Origin: a virus
Length of the DNA: 64,000 nucleotides
Direction: 5' to 3' (one strand)
IMG/VR virus record: IMGVR_UViG_3300044959_000237
Location: 47,269-111,268 of that record
The position numbers and the translations under genes were made by a program. Positions 19,661 to 29,851 of this stretch are shown here, in pieces. A model generated the notes under the pieces. The model made no database searches, was not told the DNA's origin, and saw only the letters and a program-made list of their open reading frames with translations. Numbering within the stretch: the stretch's first letter is position 1; the number at the start of each line of letters is the position of its first letter.

Positions 19661-21946
19661 TTATTGATTTTTTGAAATTTCTTCATATACCTTTTTGATA
19701 TCGAGCTTGTACAATTTCAATGCATTTTTTACGACCATGAGCAATTTCAGAGCAAATTTCTTGTCTTTTTTCATTTCTTTGTACAATACGAAAAATCTTT
19801 CAATTTCACTTCTGGAAAGTTTGTCGCCAAAAATTTCTTCTTTTATTTTTTCGTCCAAATCTTCAATTACAATATGATAATTTTCAGTCATTTTTTTTAT
19901 CAAAACACGAGCAAATTCTTTTTCATCATTGGCTTTGATCAAATTTTCCTTGAAAGAGAACATTGTCATGAATATGAATTTCTTGATTTCATTCTGATGT
20001 TTTTCGAATTTTTTGGAAATTTTTCTTATGAAATTCAATATTTCATCCGCTTTCTTGTTAATCAAATCATAATCTGCTATTCTTGTACTGAATTCTCGCT
20101 TTACTGATTTTTCGGTTTCAATTCTTTTCACAACTGCTTTGACCATTTTTTTGATGGCTTCGTCGAATTTTGTATATTCTTTTATCGACGACTCCCATAC
20201 AAGAAATGAAAATTTCAATATATTTCTTATTATTTCTTCTTCTTTTTCCTCGTATTTTCTTCCTCCAAGAACTCGAAATTCTGCATAATTTTCGTTCTTT
20301 TTGACTCTTATGATTTTGTATTTTTCATCCCAGAAATCTTTCATTCGATCTTTGACATTATTCGAAAAATTCTCCCGATCTGTCAGAAATTTTTTCAAGA
20401 AAGAGTAAATTTCCTTACCCAATTCATTCAAATTTTGAGTTTTGTAATAATTCTTCATTTCAAATGACAAAAATTTCATGAATTGTGGTTCCAATTCTTT
20501 GGTGAAAAAGATTCTTTGATCTTTTTCGTCGAAAATATCCAGAAGATAATCCAATGTTCCAAGAGTAAAAAGATAATTCGCATTCAAGCTTTTGAAATAT
20601 GGCGAGGATGGATCTACAGATATGTTGACATGCAAGCCCGAAGTAGAAGTTGTTTCAAAATCGATTGACATATCATTTATGGAAATATTACCCTTCCTTA
20701 TTGTTTCCAACACTTTTTTCAGAACTTCAACTGCTTGTGAAAAAGGTAAAGGCGGAGTTATAAGTTCAAGAGGCAGAGGAAATTTTTCTCTGTGAAATTC
20801 ATATTCCAATAATTCCAGATTTTCGTTATTATCAGTATCCAATACCGACGCATCATATTTGATTTGCAGATTGTCGACTTTTGTCGAATTAGTGAAGTAT
20901 TTCAAAATATCTTTGGAAACACCTTGTGAAGAATTATTTGCATAATTTCGTTCATACACGAATATCATTTGTTCCAACATGGAATTTTCGTCGAATGTAT
21001 ATTCTTCGAATTGGGAAAAACCTTCATGATCATTGTCTTCATCATATTCTTCTTCATTGTTTCCATCGTAATTTTTCTGGTTTCCTTCATTATCCTGTTT
21101 GTATTTCCAAGGAAAAGATTCTATCATTTCTTCTTTCGACAATATTTTTTCCATTGGAACAATTGCCAGAAATTCAAATTCGAAACCAATCATAATCGAA
21201 TTCAAATCCATATTTCGAATATCTTTTTTCTGAATATCGATTCTTTCATTCAAATCAATTCTATGATCGATGTTTTCCAAAGAAAGTTGTCTGCTTATTC
21301 TTTTATTCAGAAGATCGATCAATTTTTCCATGATTCCTGTATTTCTGAGTAATTTGAATATGATATTTTCGGAAGAAAATTCGCCTCCTTTTTCAAGTCC
21401 GCTTTTTCTGAATTTTCTTATTTTTTCCAACACTTTCTTTATAAATCTGTAATCTTCGTTTTGTTCGACTACCCGGTTTATCAAAAACAATATCTTTTGA
21501 AATTTTTTTCGAATTTCATCGACATTTATGTTTGGTTTTATATTTTTTGGTTCGATTATCCATTTGTTTTTCAATACCGAAAAAACACCAGAAGAAAAAT
21601 GAGATTCGTCCATCAATTGAAAATATACTTCTACTTCCAGTCCTTTGATTTTTATATCGTAGAGATTGTTCAATATTTTCTTTTCACAAGCCAGATATTT
21701 TTTATATAAATTTTTATTGTTTTCATCGATATTCAAAATAATATGCAAATCGATATCACTGTAATCAGTGTAATTGAAATTTGCATTACTACCCGTAATG
21801 ACAATATCTTTGACGTATTTTCTTGGTATTTCAGCTGATTTTATAAAAAAATCGGCAATTTTCAGAAGAGATTTCCTGATTTTCGGCTTCAATTCAAAAT
21901 CATTCCAAAGAACGGGATTCAATTTTTTGTGATATTCTATTTTCAT
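19661..21946 (-). CDS. Fusion of a Pol-beta-type nucleotidyltransferase and a putative amidoligase (COOH-NH2 ligase family)
   Basis: ITGSNANFNYTDYSDIDLHI; then IGFEFEF, YDASV, ELITPPL, TSGLHVNIS, EFRVLGG; late-type promoter at 21974-21981. Confidence 0.8.
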   Translation of the reverse strand: MKIEYHKKLNPVLWNDFELKPKIRKSLLKIADFFIKSAEIPRKYVKDIVITGSNANFNYTDYSDIDLHIILNIDENNKNLYKKYLACEKKILNNLYDIKIKGLEVEVYFQLMDESHFSSGVFSVLKNKWIIEPKNIKPNINVDEIRKKFQKILFLINRVVEQNEDYRFIKKVLEKIRKFRKSGLEKGGEFSSENIIFKLLRNTGIMEKLIDLLNKRISRQLSLENIDHRIDLNERIDIQKKDIRNMDLNSIMIGFEFEFLAIVPMEKILSKEEMIESFPWKYKQDNEGNQKNYDGNNEEEYDEDNDHEGFSQFEEYTFDENSMLEQMIFVYERNYANNSSQGVSKDILKYFTNSTKVDNLQIKYDASVLDTDNNENLELLEYEFHREKFPLPLELITPPLPFSQAVEVLKKVLETIRKGNISINDMSIDFETTSTSGLHVNISVDPSSPYFKSLNANYLFTLGTLDYLLDIFDEKDQRIFFTKELEPQFMKFLSFEMKNYYKTQNLNELGKEIYSFLKKFLTDRENFSNNVKDRMKDFWDEKYKIIRVKKNENYAEFRVLGGRKYEEKEEEIIRNILKFSFLVWESSIKEYTKFDEAIKKMVKAVVKRIETEKSVKREFSTRIADYDLINKKADEILNFIRKISKKFEKHQNEIKKFIFMTMFSFKENLIKANDEKEFARVLIKKMTENYHIVIEDLDEKIKEEIFGDKLSRSEIERFFVLYKEMKKDKKFALKLLMVVKNALKLYKLDIKKVYEEISKNQ
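20183..20436. repeat. 254-bp direct repeat, copy 1
   Basis: Identical by eye to 22541-22794 (offset 2358). Confidence 0.85.
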
Positions 21947-22009
21947 TGTGAAAAACCTTCGATTTTTTATTTCTATTTATTTTCCGGTGACAATTTTCAT
22001 AATATGATG

Positions 22010-23410
22010 TTATGAAAATTGAAAGTGTTTCGAAACTTCTTCGTATATTTTCCTGATATCGAGATTGTACAAATTCAATGCATTTCTTGCAATCAAAAAC
22101 ATTTTCAGAGCAAATTTTCTGTCTTTTTTCATTTCATTGTACAAATTGATGAAATTTCCAATTTTGTTTTTAGGTTGATCAATACCAAAAATTTCTTTTC
22201 TTATTTTTTCGTTCAATTCTTTCAATGAAATGATAAACGGACTGGTTATTTCTTTGATCAAAGAAGAGACAAATTGACTTTCATTTTTACTTTTGATCAA
22301 ATTGTGTTTGAATACAAACATTACCATGAATATGAATTGTTCGATTTCATTTCGATTTTTTTCGAATTTTCTGGAAATGTTATCGATAAAATTCAAAATT
22401 TCATTTGCTTTTTTATTGATTGATTCGTCTTCCAAGATTTCCAAATTCAACTTCTGTTTTTCTACTTTATCGACTTCAATGTATTTTGTAATTTCTTTCA
22501 TCATTTTTCTGATGATATCGTCCATTTTTGTATATCTGTCTATCGACGACTCCCATACAAGAAATGAAAATTTCAATATATTTCTTATTATTTCTTCTTC
22601 TTTTTCCTCGTATTTTCTTCCTCCAAGAACTCGAAATTCTGCATAATTTTCGTTCTTTTTGACTCTTATGATTTTGTATTTTTCATCCCAGAAATCTTTC
22701 ATTCGATCTTTGACATTATTCGAAAAATTCTCCCGATCTGTCAGAAATTTTTTCAAGAAAGAGTAAATTTCCTTACCCAATTCATTCAAATTTTCGTTTT
22801 TGTAATAATCTTTTATTTCAGAGGCCAAAAACTTCATGAACTCGGGGTTCAATTCCTTCGTGAAAATTCTTCTTCGATTTTCTTCGTCGAAAATATCCAG
22901 AAGATAATCCAATGTTCCAAGAGTAAAAAGATAATTTGCATTCAAGCTTTTGAAATATGATGAGGATGAATCTACCGATATGTTGATATGCAAGCCCGAA
23001 GTAGGAGTTGTTTCCAAATTGATTGACATGTCATCTGTTGTAATGCTACCTTTTCTTATTGTTTCCAACACTTTTTTCATAACTTCAATGGCTTGTGAAA
23101 AAGGCAAAGGCGAAGTTACAAGTTCCAATGGAAGAAGAATTTGTTTATCATCGATTTTTTGTTCCGATAGACCTATATATTCGAGAATATCAGAAGTGAT
23201 ACTCAGAACTGATTGATCGAATTTGAGTTCAATATGTTCAACTTTTGTCAAATTAATCAAATACTTCAAAATTGTCTTTATTGCTTTTGATTTGGTTGAT
23301 ATTTTTTCTTTCATTACAACAGTTGCCAAAAATTCGAATTCGAAACCAATTGAAACTGAATTAAAATTCATATTTCGAATATCTTTTTTTCCGAATATCG
23401 ATTCTTTCAT
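22010..23410 (-). CDS. Putative amidoligase, paralog of the C-terminal part of the neighbouring gene
   Basis: IGFEFEF, FDQSV, ELVTSPL, TSGLHINIS, EFRVLGG. Confidence 0.8.
   Translation of the reverse strand: MKESIFGKKDIRNMNFNSVSIGFEFEFLATVVMKEKISTKSKAIKTILKYLINLTKVEHIELKFDQSVLSITSDILEYIGLSEQKIDDKQILLPLELVTSPLPFSQAIEVMKKVLETIRKGSITTDDMSINLETTPTSGLHINISVDSSSSYFKSLNANYLFTLGTLDYLLDIFDEENRRRIFTKELNPEFMKFLASEIKDYYKNENLNELGKEIYSFLKKFLTDRENFSNNVKDRMKDFWDEKYKIIRVKKNENYAEFRVLGGRKYEEKEEEIIRNILKFSFLVWESSIDRYTKMDDIIRKMMKEITKYIEVDKVEKQKLNLEILEDESINKKANEILNFIDNISRKFEKNRNEIEQFIFMVMFVFKHNLIKSKNESQFVSSLIKEITSPFIISLKELNEKIRKEIFGIDQPKNKIGNFINLYNEMKKDRKFALKMFLIARNALNLYNLDIRKIYEEVSKHFQFS
22541..22794. repeat. 254-bp direct repeat, copy 2
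   Basis: Identical by eye to 20183-20436. Confidence 0.85.
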
Positions 23411-23614
23411 TCAAAAAATCGAATGATTTTTTCAATTGCAATGATTTTTTTCGGTTTTTGTTTTCGATTCAGAATCAGAAAAAACGGAACTCGATTCTTC
23501 ATTGTATTGTAATTTTCCCATGAAATGAAATCCTTTTACTTTTTATTTATTGACAGTAAATTTCATATTCGTTTGCAAATTTGCAAAAATATGACAAGTC
23601 GAAAAAAAAAGAAT

Positions 23615-24439
23615 TCAAGATTTCGGTATCGTAATGTATTTTACACCATTCATGGCAACTCGATTTTTGCCGGAAATTTTCGTAATAATCAAATTATCAT
23701 CCAGAAATGGCTCTAAACAAACAAAAATTATGAATTCTTCGGTGAATCTCAAAAGTTCGTAATTCAATAGTGGTAAATCGTTGATCAACGATGTTGGTGT
23801 TTCGTTGTTTCTACACCATCTTGGATGAGTTACTTTGAATTTTTCATTCTTTTCTTCTATGAAAGGTTGAAAAATTTTCAGAATTCCACTTTTTCCATTA
23901 GGATGTTCGGAAGCATTTCTTCTCATTATTATTTCTGAAAATGTATCTTCATGTTTTTGTATCAAATCATAACGAAAATCACTTTTACCAAATTTTTTGT
24001 ACATCCATTTTCTTATTGGAGATATACCATCTTTTGCTTTGGAAAAAGCACTTCCATCAGTAAAATTTTCATTCCAGACAGAATTGAAACAATACAATAA
24101 AAGATCACGTAAAATATTTTTGAAAGTATACAAATAAAGATTGACATCTTTACGAAGACCCAGAATGCTGGGAAAATAATTGCTCTTGTTGTTCATCCAG
24201 ATATTCAGGGAAGAAAAATATTCATCATTGATTTTTTCTTGTATATCCCAGAGAACTTCGAAATTCATCAATCCTTCGAGAAAACAGAAAGTCAGAATAC
24301 TGTTCTTGCTTTCCTTGTCGATTTTGTTGCAATTATTCAGAATGTTCAAATTCTGAACGGCAATTCTCGAAAATACAGGATGATTGACAGTCAATTTTGT
24401 GTATTTTTGATCAAGATTGATTGTTTCGAACAAATTCAT
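23615..24439 (-). CDS. Hypothetical protein, possible HEPN-like RNase
   Basis: Helical 274 aa with RNASEH (R-x4-H) at 23903-23920; overlaps the tilS 3' end. Confidence 0.45.
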   Translation of the reverse strand: MNLFETINLDQKYTKLTVNHPVFSRIAVQNLNILNNCNKIDKESKNSILTFCFLEGLMNFEVLWDIQEKINDEYFSSLNIWMNNKSNYFPSILGLRKDVNLYLYTFKNILRDLLLYCFNSVWNENFTDGSAFSKAKDGISPIRKWMYKKFGKSDFRYDLIQKHEDTFSEIIMRRNASEHPNGKSGILKIFQPFIEEKNEKFKVTHPRWCRNNETPTSLINDLPLLNYELLRFTEEFIIFVCLEPFLDDNLIITKISGKNRVAMNGVKYITIPKS

Positions 24440-25319
24440 CGAAACTGAACTTTCCTCTTCTATTGTAAATTCTGTCGATAAAAATCATATCTTTTTTCGC
24501 GATTCTGTAATTTCTTTTTTTACACAGAAAAACAACCATGTTTTTGAATCGAATCGAACTGATACCATTGTCAATCAATTCTTTTGTTTCGATAATATTG
24601 TCTTCTTTGAAATATTTAATCAAATCCTCCTTTGCAAGTTCTTCGGCCAGCTCATTGAGTTCATCGATACTTTTCAAAGCATGAACAATTTTCTTGTTGA
24701 AACAAGGAAATCTGGTGTTTGCCTTTTTGATGAAAAATCTGAACCAATTTCTATCATATTTTTCAATGTCGTAATTGCTCGGATCTTCAATATAAGACAA
24801 ATTGTTTTCCTTACAATAGGAAAGAATCTGTTCTTTCGTTGCTTTCAGAACAGGATGATAAATTTCGAGAATTTTTCCATTATCGGTTTCGATCACACTT
24901 TTGTTTTTGATTTTGTAATTTTCTGGTTTTCTGGATCTCAACAAAGAAATGAAAAAGTTCTCTACATTGTCATTCATATGATGAGCAAGAACAATATGAT
25001 CGGAAATCGATGCAAAAAAGTTCATTCGAAATTTTCTTGCCTCGAATTCCAAATTTTTGGAAATTTTTCTGTCAATTCGACATGAAATGAAATTCACTTG
25101 AAAAGATTCCGCATATTTTTTACAAATTTGTTCCCATTCATTGGATCGGGAATTGATTCCATGATTTACATGAACTGCAACCAAATTATTCAAATGAAGT
25201 TTGAATTTCATGAAATGAAGCAGACAGACACTATCGCTTCCTCCAGAAAAACCAACATGAATTTTTTCTTTCTTTTTCAATTCTCTCAAAACTTCGGTGT
25301 CGAACAATTTCCTACGCAT
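24411..25319 (-). CDS. tilS: tRNA(Ile)-lysidine synthetase-like PP-loop ATPase
   Basis: VGFSGGSDS PP-loop, HVNHG, AHHMNDNVE, EDPSN, RNWFR. Confidence 0.9.
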   Translation of the reverse strand: MRRKLFDTEVLRELKKKEKIHVGFSGGSDSVCLLHFMKFKLHLNNLVAVHVNHGINSRSNEWEQICKKYAESFQVNFISCRIDRKISKNLEFEARKFRMNFFASISDHIVLAHHMNDNVENFFISLLRSRKPENYKIKNKSVIETDNGKILEIYHPVLKATKEQILSYCKENNLSYIEDPSNYDIEKYDRNWFRFFIKKANTRFPCFNKKIVHALKSIDELNELAEELAKEDLIKYFKEDNIIETKELIDNGISSIRFKNMVVFLCKKRNYRIAKKDMIFIDRIYNRRGKFSFDEFVRNNQS

Positions 25320-25345
25320 ACTATCTATCCTTCTCCCGGAAAAAG

Positions 25346-25374
25346 ATAGTATGCGTAGTATGAAAATTTGTCAA
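25346..25374 (-). promoter_or_regulatory. Near-consensus sigma70 promoter for tilS
   Basis: TTGACA-17-TACTAT. Confidence 0.8.
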
Positions 25375-25412
25375 GCGTTGTCACAATGTTTTTCTACTTT
25401 TCGAATTTTTTT

Positions 25413-26279
25413 TCAGATTCGAAGATTTATTGGCATTCGAAAATTCACTTCTTCGCTGTTTTTTCCTTCTTTTTCGAACCATTCGTTCGCTATTTCGACA
25501 AATTTGTTCAGGCACAAACAATCCCACAAATATGGATATTGTTCCCTGTTTCTGTATTTTTCATCGATCATGGAAAATATAGGTCCAAGTCCCAAAGTAT
25601 AATGATATGCAATTGGATGTATTCTGTTTTCATCATGTTCGTCGACAACTACCGGAGCATTTGTTTCCTTGTGATATCGAACCAGATCATCGTAATCATA
25701 ACCATTTTCCTTGTCCAACCAATTGAATGTAAGTGGCAATTCACCAATTTCACTATCATCCAACCACGAAAATCGATGGAACCACGCTCCATTTCTATCA
25801 GGATTGTTCATGGTTGTCGGATTCAAGATTCTCAAAGATGGATGAGAATTGTTGTAAAGTATGCACGAAGACCAGTTTTTTCTGGGATAGATATGTTGTT
25901 TCTGACCATCCATTTTCATTTCCAATGGTCGGGGTGTATAATCATGTTTGCAGACCATGACTGCTTTTGTCGAATCGGCATAATCCATGATTTTGGTTAC
26001 ATCATCCATGAAAAGAAAATCGCAATCTACAAAAAGAGACCATCCTTCGTAATTCGACAAATAAGGAACCCAAAATCTGGTAAAAGTGAATTCGGTAGAA
26101 CCCTGAGTATCTATCGGTCTTCGATAAATTCCCAATTCTCGCATTTCCTTTTGTTTCAACGGATAAACTTCGACGTTGTCGAATTTGTTTTTTCTCAAAA
26201 TGGAATATTTTGCTACTTCATAAGCTAAAGATTCTCTTCGATCATACCCTATGTATACTGTGAGTTTTTTGTTTTTCAT
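25413..26279 (-). CDS. GT-A fold glycosyltransferase (GT8/CDI-like)
   Basis: VYIGYD, STEFTFTRF, DxD in FVDCDFLF, YPRKNWSS, HYTLG; AAGGAG SD before ATG 26279. Confidence 0.85.
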   Translation of the reverse strand: MKNKKLTVYIGYDRRESLAYEVAKYSILRKNKFDNVEVYPLKQKEMRELGIYRRPIDTQGSTEFTFTRFWVPYLSNYEGWSLFVDCDFLFMDDVTKIMDYADSTKAVMVCKHDYTPRPLEMKMDGQKQHIYPRKNWSSCILYNNSHPSLRILNPTTMNNPDRNGAWFHRFSWLDDSEIGELPLTFNWLDKENGYDYDDLVRYHKETNAPVVVDEHDENRIHPIAYHYTLGLGPIFSMIDEKYRNREQYPYLWDCLCLNKFVEIANEWFEKEGKNSEEVNFRMPINLRI

Positions 26280-26341
26280 TTTTTTCTCCTTTGTAAACAC
26301 TTTGTAAACACTTCGCATTTTAAATTCTGTTTTTCTTTTTA

Positions 26342-27058
26342 TCAAGAAAATTTGAATGGATTACTCAAAAATATTTTATCGTTCATGGAATATTTTATCG
26401 AACAGTGAATATGTCCGTTTATGAATTTTCTGGCAGAGGAATATTTCAAAATATGCGAATTGTCACTTGTTGAAAAAGCATTTTGTGGATTGTTGAAATC
26501 GATAATTTTCAAATAAGGTTCTTTTATCAAGGGAAAATGTGTAGCTACAACATGACACTCTTCATTTACAATTTTTTCTATGCACTTTTCATGATAATTT
26601 TTCATCCATGAAGGTGTAATCAATTTTCCATTATCATAAACTCTCTTGAATTCTCTTCTTGTTTTCTTCAAATAATCGAAATTGGTGAATTTTGTTGCTG
26701 TCCAGTTCAGAAAAGCAATTGAACCGTAAATTTTACAATTTTTGATTTTTACAATTTCATTTTCCAAAAAAAGAACTTTGTCGTTGAATTCTTTTTCGAG
26801 AGTTTTTGTCAAAATATTGAAATCCTTGTTCAATATATCATGATTTCCCAAAATGAATATGACTTGTCTTTTTGCAATTTTTTTTATCGTATCGAAAAAG
26901 TTCATCAAATCGTCCGTTGTTCCGACAAAATAATCTCCACAAAATATCGTGATATCGGCATCTTTCAGAAGAATTTCTTTCAAGATTTCTTTGAACAACA
27001 AAATTTCTCTTTTTGTCGATTTATCGAGATGAATATCACTTATGAATCTTATTATCAT
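26342..27058 (-). CDS. Calcineurin-like metallophosphoesterase
   Basis: SDIH, CGD, GNHD, THF, GHIH. Confidence 0.9.
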   Translation of the reverse strand: MIIRFISDIHLDKSTKREILLFKEILKEILLKDADITIFCGDYFVGTTDDLMNFFDTIKKIAKRQVIFILGNHDILNKDFNILTKTLEKEFNDKVLFLENEIVKIKNCKIYGSIAFLNWTATKFTNFDYLKKTRREFKRVYDNGKLITPSWMKNYHEKCIEKIVNEECHVVATHFPLIKEPYLKIIDFNNPQNAFSTSDNSHILKYSSARKFINGHIHCSIKYSMNDKIFLSNPFKFS

Positions 27059-27156
27059 GATATTTTACCATCGGAAAAATTCGAAAAAAAGAATCGACAT
27101 TCTTTTTCGAAAGATTGTCGTAAAAATCGAATTGCATGTTTTTCTTCACTTTTTCT

Positions 27157-29775
27157 TCACGAGATATTCGACAAAATTTTCGAATCGTTGTTCTTTCTGT
27201 ATTTAGCTTGTAATTTCGAAGAATTTTGTAAATGTGTGCGTATTATTTCATAAATATGAAATCTTTTATCGAAAATTCCAATATTGTAGATTTGATGTTT
27301 CGGGTTGTCATGTCTCAACAAGACATTGATAGTATCGTAAATTTTTATCGTCGATGGCAAAAATTCCATTAAAATTTCATCGATTTCCTTTTTTATTTCT
27401 TCAGTAATTCGATTGTACGACAATTTACTTTCTTTCAAAAATTTTTTGTAAAAATTATCATTGATTTTGCATATTTCGAAAGTGTAACCTCTATTGTAGA
27501 AAATGGAAGGAAACAATGTTGTTGTTACAATATTGAAAAGCTTGTAATATGGTACATCGATATAAGAATTCAATGCATACAGAACTGTCAGTGTTTTTTC
27601 CAGACACAATCTGAAATTTTCGGTTTTGTAAGGAACATGTTTTCCGTTCAAAATAGAATAAAGCAATTCATTTTCCAATAAAATCAAAAGACAGAGAACA
27701 TCCAGGGGAAAAGAAAATATTGTGTTCACACAAAACAGTTTCCCTTCGATTTCTATAATTTTACTGTAAAAAAGTTTTTCTTCGTTCAAATCGAAAAAAC
27801 ATGAAATATCGTCGATTTTTTTCTTGTAATTTTTGTATTTCTCATATAGTTTCCAATGTTTTTTCAAAATTTCATTTTTATCGAAATTGAATTCTCTCGA
27901 CAATAAAGATACAATCGTAACGGAATCATGAAATTTGAAAAATGAATAACGTTCTTTATCGAAATTTTTCACGATGATTTTTTCCAATCCATTTTTCTCT
28001 AAATCATCTTTTACAAAACTTTCATTTTTATCGAGAAAATATTTTTGAATCGATTTTCTGTATTTTTCCATCTTTTCTTTCAAGTTTGCATCGATATCGA
28101 TTTTTGTTTTTGAAACAAAAGATATCAAATTGTGAAAACTTTCTTCTACCTTTTTTTTCAATTCTTCGAATTTTTCATTGGTTTTCGAAAAATTACAAAA
28201 ATTTTCATCATGAAAAATTTCGTTCATATAGAGTTTTTTATTTGTCAGATTTTTCAAAAATTCATTTCTTCCTATTTTATCCAATCCGTATAAACCATCG
28301 TTTACAAAATTGAAACGAAAGACATGACTCGTTCTTCTCATTGTGGAAATGAAAATTGTATGAATATCTTCGTACTTGGAAAAATTCAGATTGTTGCTCG
28401 TATCGATGCTGTAACCATCGTATGCAAATTTGATAAATCTTGTAATTTTATTGAAATCTTCGGGAACATCACTTGTTTTGATTCTTTCCAGAAACTCTTT
28501 TTCCTCTTCCGTAACATTTTCGAAAATTCCGGTATTTTTTACAATTTTCAAACGATTGCTTTCTTCACAATTTTTGTGAAGAAAAAAAACATCGAAATCA
28601 TATCCTATTTTGGATATATCGTCTGAAAATTTTTCCATTGTCAAACAATTGTATATTCGATTGTCGATTTCGAAAGATGGAAAATAAATGTCTTTACTGA
28701 TCGAACAGGCATTTTTGTCGTAAATATCCGAAATAAAGCAGCTTTCCAACAACTTCAGAATTACGAAATCCAATAACAAGATCACATTGATGGATTTGAT
28801 ATTTCTGTCATTGAAATTGAACTTGAACGAAAACAAACTCGAATGATAGTTGTAATTTTCTTTGTAAATATCGAAAGGAAGATCGTCGATTTTTTCCAAC
28901 AAAGAATACAAAACAAGAAGTTTTTTTATTCTATCTTCTTCATATCTGTTTTTTGTATTGATATTATTGATTTTTTCGATAATTTTTTGCAATTTTTCAT
29001 TGTCGACCATGGCAGATTCGAGATCGAAGTTTCTGAAAATATTGAACAAATAATTCATTTTTCTGATGAATTTTTCTTTTTCCTCTTTTTTTCCTTTTTC
29101 TTTTTTCTCTTCGAAATCCGGTTTGTCGATTGTTTTTTCGCTTTTCGACGAAATTGAAATTTCACTGTAACTTATCTTTTCTTCAAGAAGTTTATTGTAA
29201 TTTTCAATGAATTTTTCGGTCAAGGAACAACTGTTCTCGTTTTCTTCAATTTTCTTTGCAATTTTTTTCAATGAATTTATTACGAAAAATTCGAAAGGCA
29301 ACGTCATCTCGACAATATAAGCATCATCGATAAGGTCGAAAGTTTCGATGATTTCGAAAATTTCGACCAAATTGATGTTTTCATTTGTGTTATTTTCAAT
29401 GAAATATTCTTTCAAAATTTTATTTGTTTCCTTGTAACAATGAATTGTCTTCGACAATCTTTTTTTCATGTAATCCATGAATTTTTTGTTTCTGTCGCTC
29501 GCAAACAGCAAAAAAATCAAAAAATCGAAAAAGTTCATTTCGAGATTGTTGTAAACGAGATTTTCGACATTGAAAAATATATCTACATCAGTAGTATCGA
29601 GAAAATCACAATTCAAAATATTTCTCAAAAATCCTCCGGCTAATAATGAATTTTTTTTCAATTCGAAAACATCGATGACAGTTTTGATATTTTTCAGATC
29701 TTCAATATAACTTTTTTCGATATGATATTTTTTCAAAAAATCTTCTTTGGTCAAAACCTCGTATTTTCGAAACAT
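27157..29775 (-). CDS. Large protein with an N-terminal class II nucleotidyltransferase (CCA/poly(A) polymerase head-like) motif
   Basis: LLAGGFLRN...DVDIFF; remainder of the 872 aa not recognised. Confidence 0.6.
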   Translation of the reverse strand: MFRKYEVLTKEDFLKKYHIEKSYIEDLKNIKTVIDVFELKKNSLLAGGFLRNILNCDFLDTTDVDIFFNVENLVYNNLEMNFFDFLIFLLFASDRNKKFMDYMKKRLSKTIHCYKETNKILKEYFIENNTNENINLVEIFEIIETFDLIDDAYIVEMTLPFEFFVINSLKKIAKKIEENENSCSLTEKFIENYNKLLEEKISYSEISISSKSEKTIDKPDFEEKKEKGKKEEKEKFIRKMNYLFNIFRNFDLESAMVDNEKLQKIIEKINNINTKNRYEEDRIKKLLVLYSLLEKIDDLPFDIYKENYNYHSSLFSFKFNFNDRNIKSINVILLLDFVILKLLESCFISDIYDKNACSISKDIYFPSFEIDNRIYNCLTMEKFSDDISKIGYDFDVFFLHKNCEESNRLKIVKNTGIFENVTEEEKEFLERIKTSDVPEDFNKITRFIKFAYDGYSIDTSNNLNFSKYEDIHTIFISTMRRTSHVFRFNFVNDGLYGLDKIGRNEFLKNLTNKKLYMNEIFHDENFCNFSKTNEKFEELKKKVEESFHNLISFVSKTKIDIDANLKEKMEKYRKSIQKYFLDKNESFVKDDLEKNGLEKIIVKNFDKERYSFFKFHDSVTIVSLLSREFNFDKNEILKKHWKLYEKYKNYKKKIDDISCFFDLNEEKLFYSKIIEIEGKLFCVNTIFSFPLDVLCLLILLENELLYSILNGKHVPYKTENFRLCLEKTLTVLYALNSYIDVPYYKLFNIVTTTLFPSIFYNRGYTFEICKINDNFYKKFLKESKLSYNRITEEIKKEIDEILMEFLPSTIKIYDTINVLLRHDNPKHQIYNIGIFDKRFHIYEIIRTHLQNSSKLQAKYRKNNDSKILSNIS

Positions 29776-29851
29776 AATTTCAATTCCTCGAACGTTCCTG
29801 TTTTTTCGGATAAATAATAACGCAACAAGAGAGGAAGTTCAATACAAAAAA

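Noticed and set aside
20183-22794. Diversity-generating retroelement TR/VR pair
   Set aside because: The core block is identical, flanking differences are not adenine-specific, both copies are inside intact paralogs, and no reverse transcriptase is in the window
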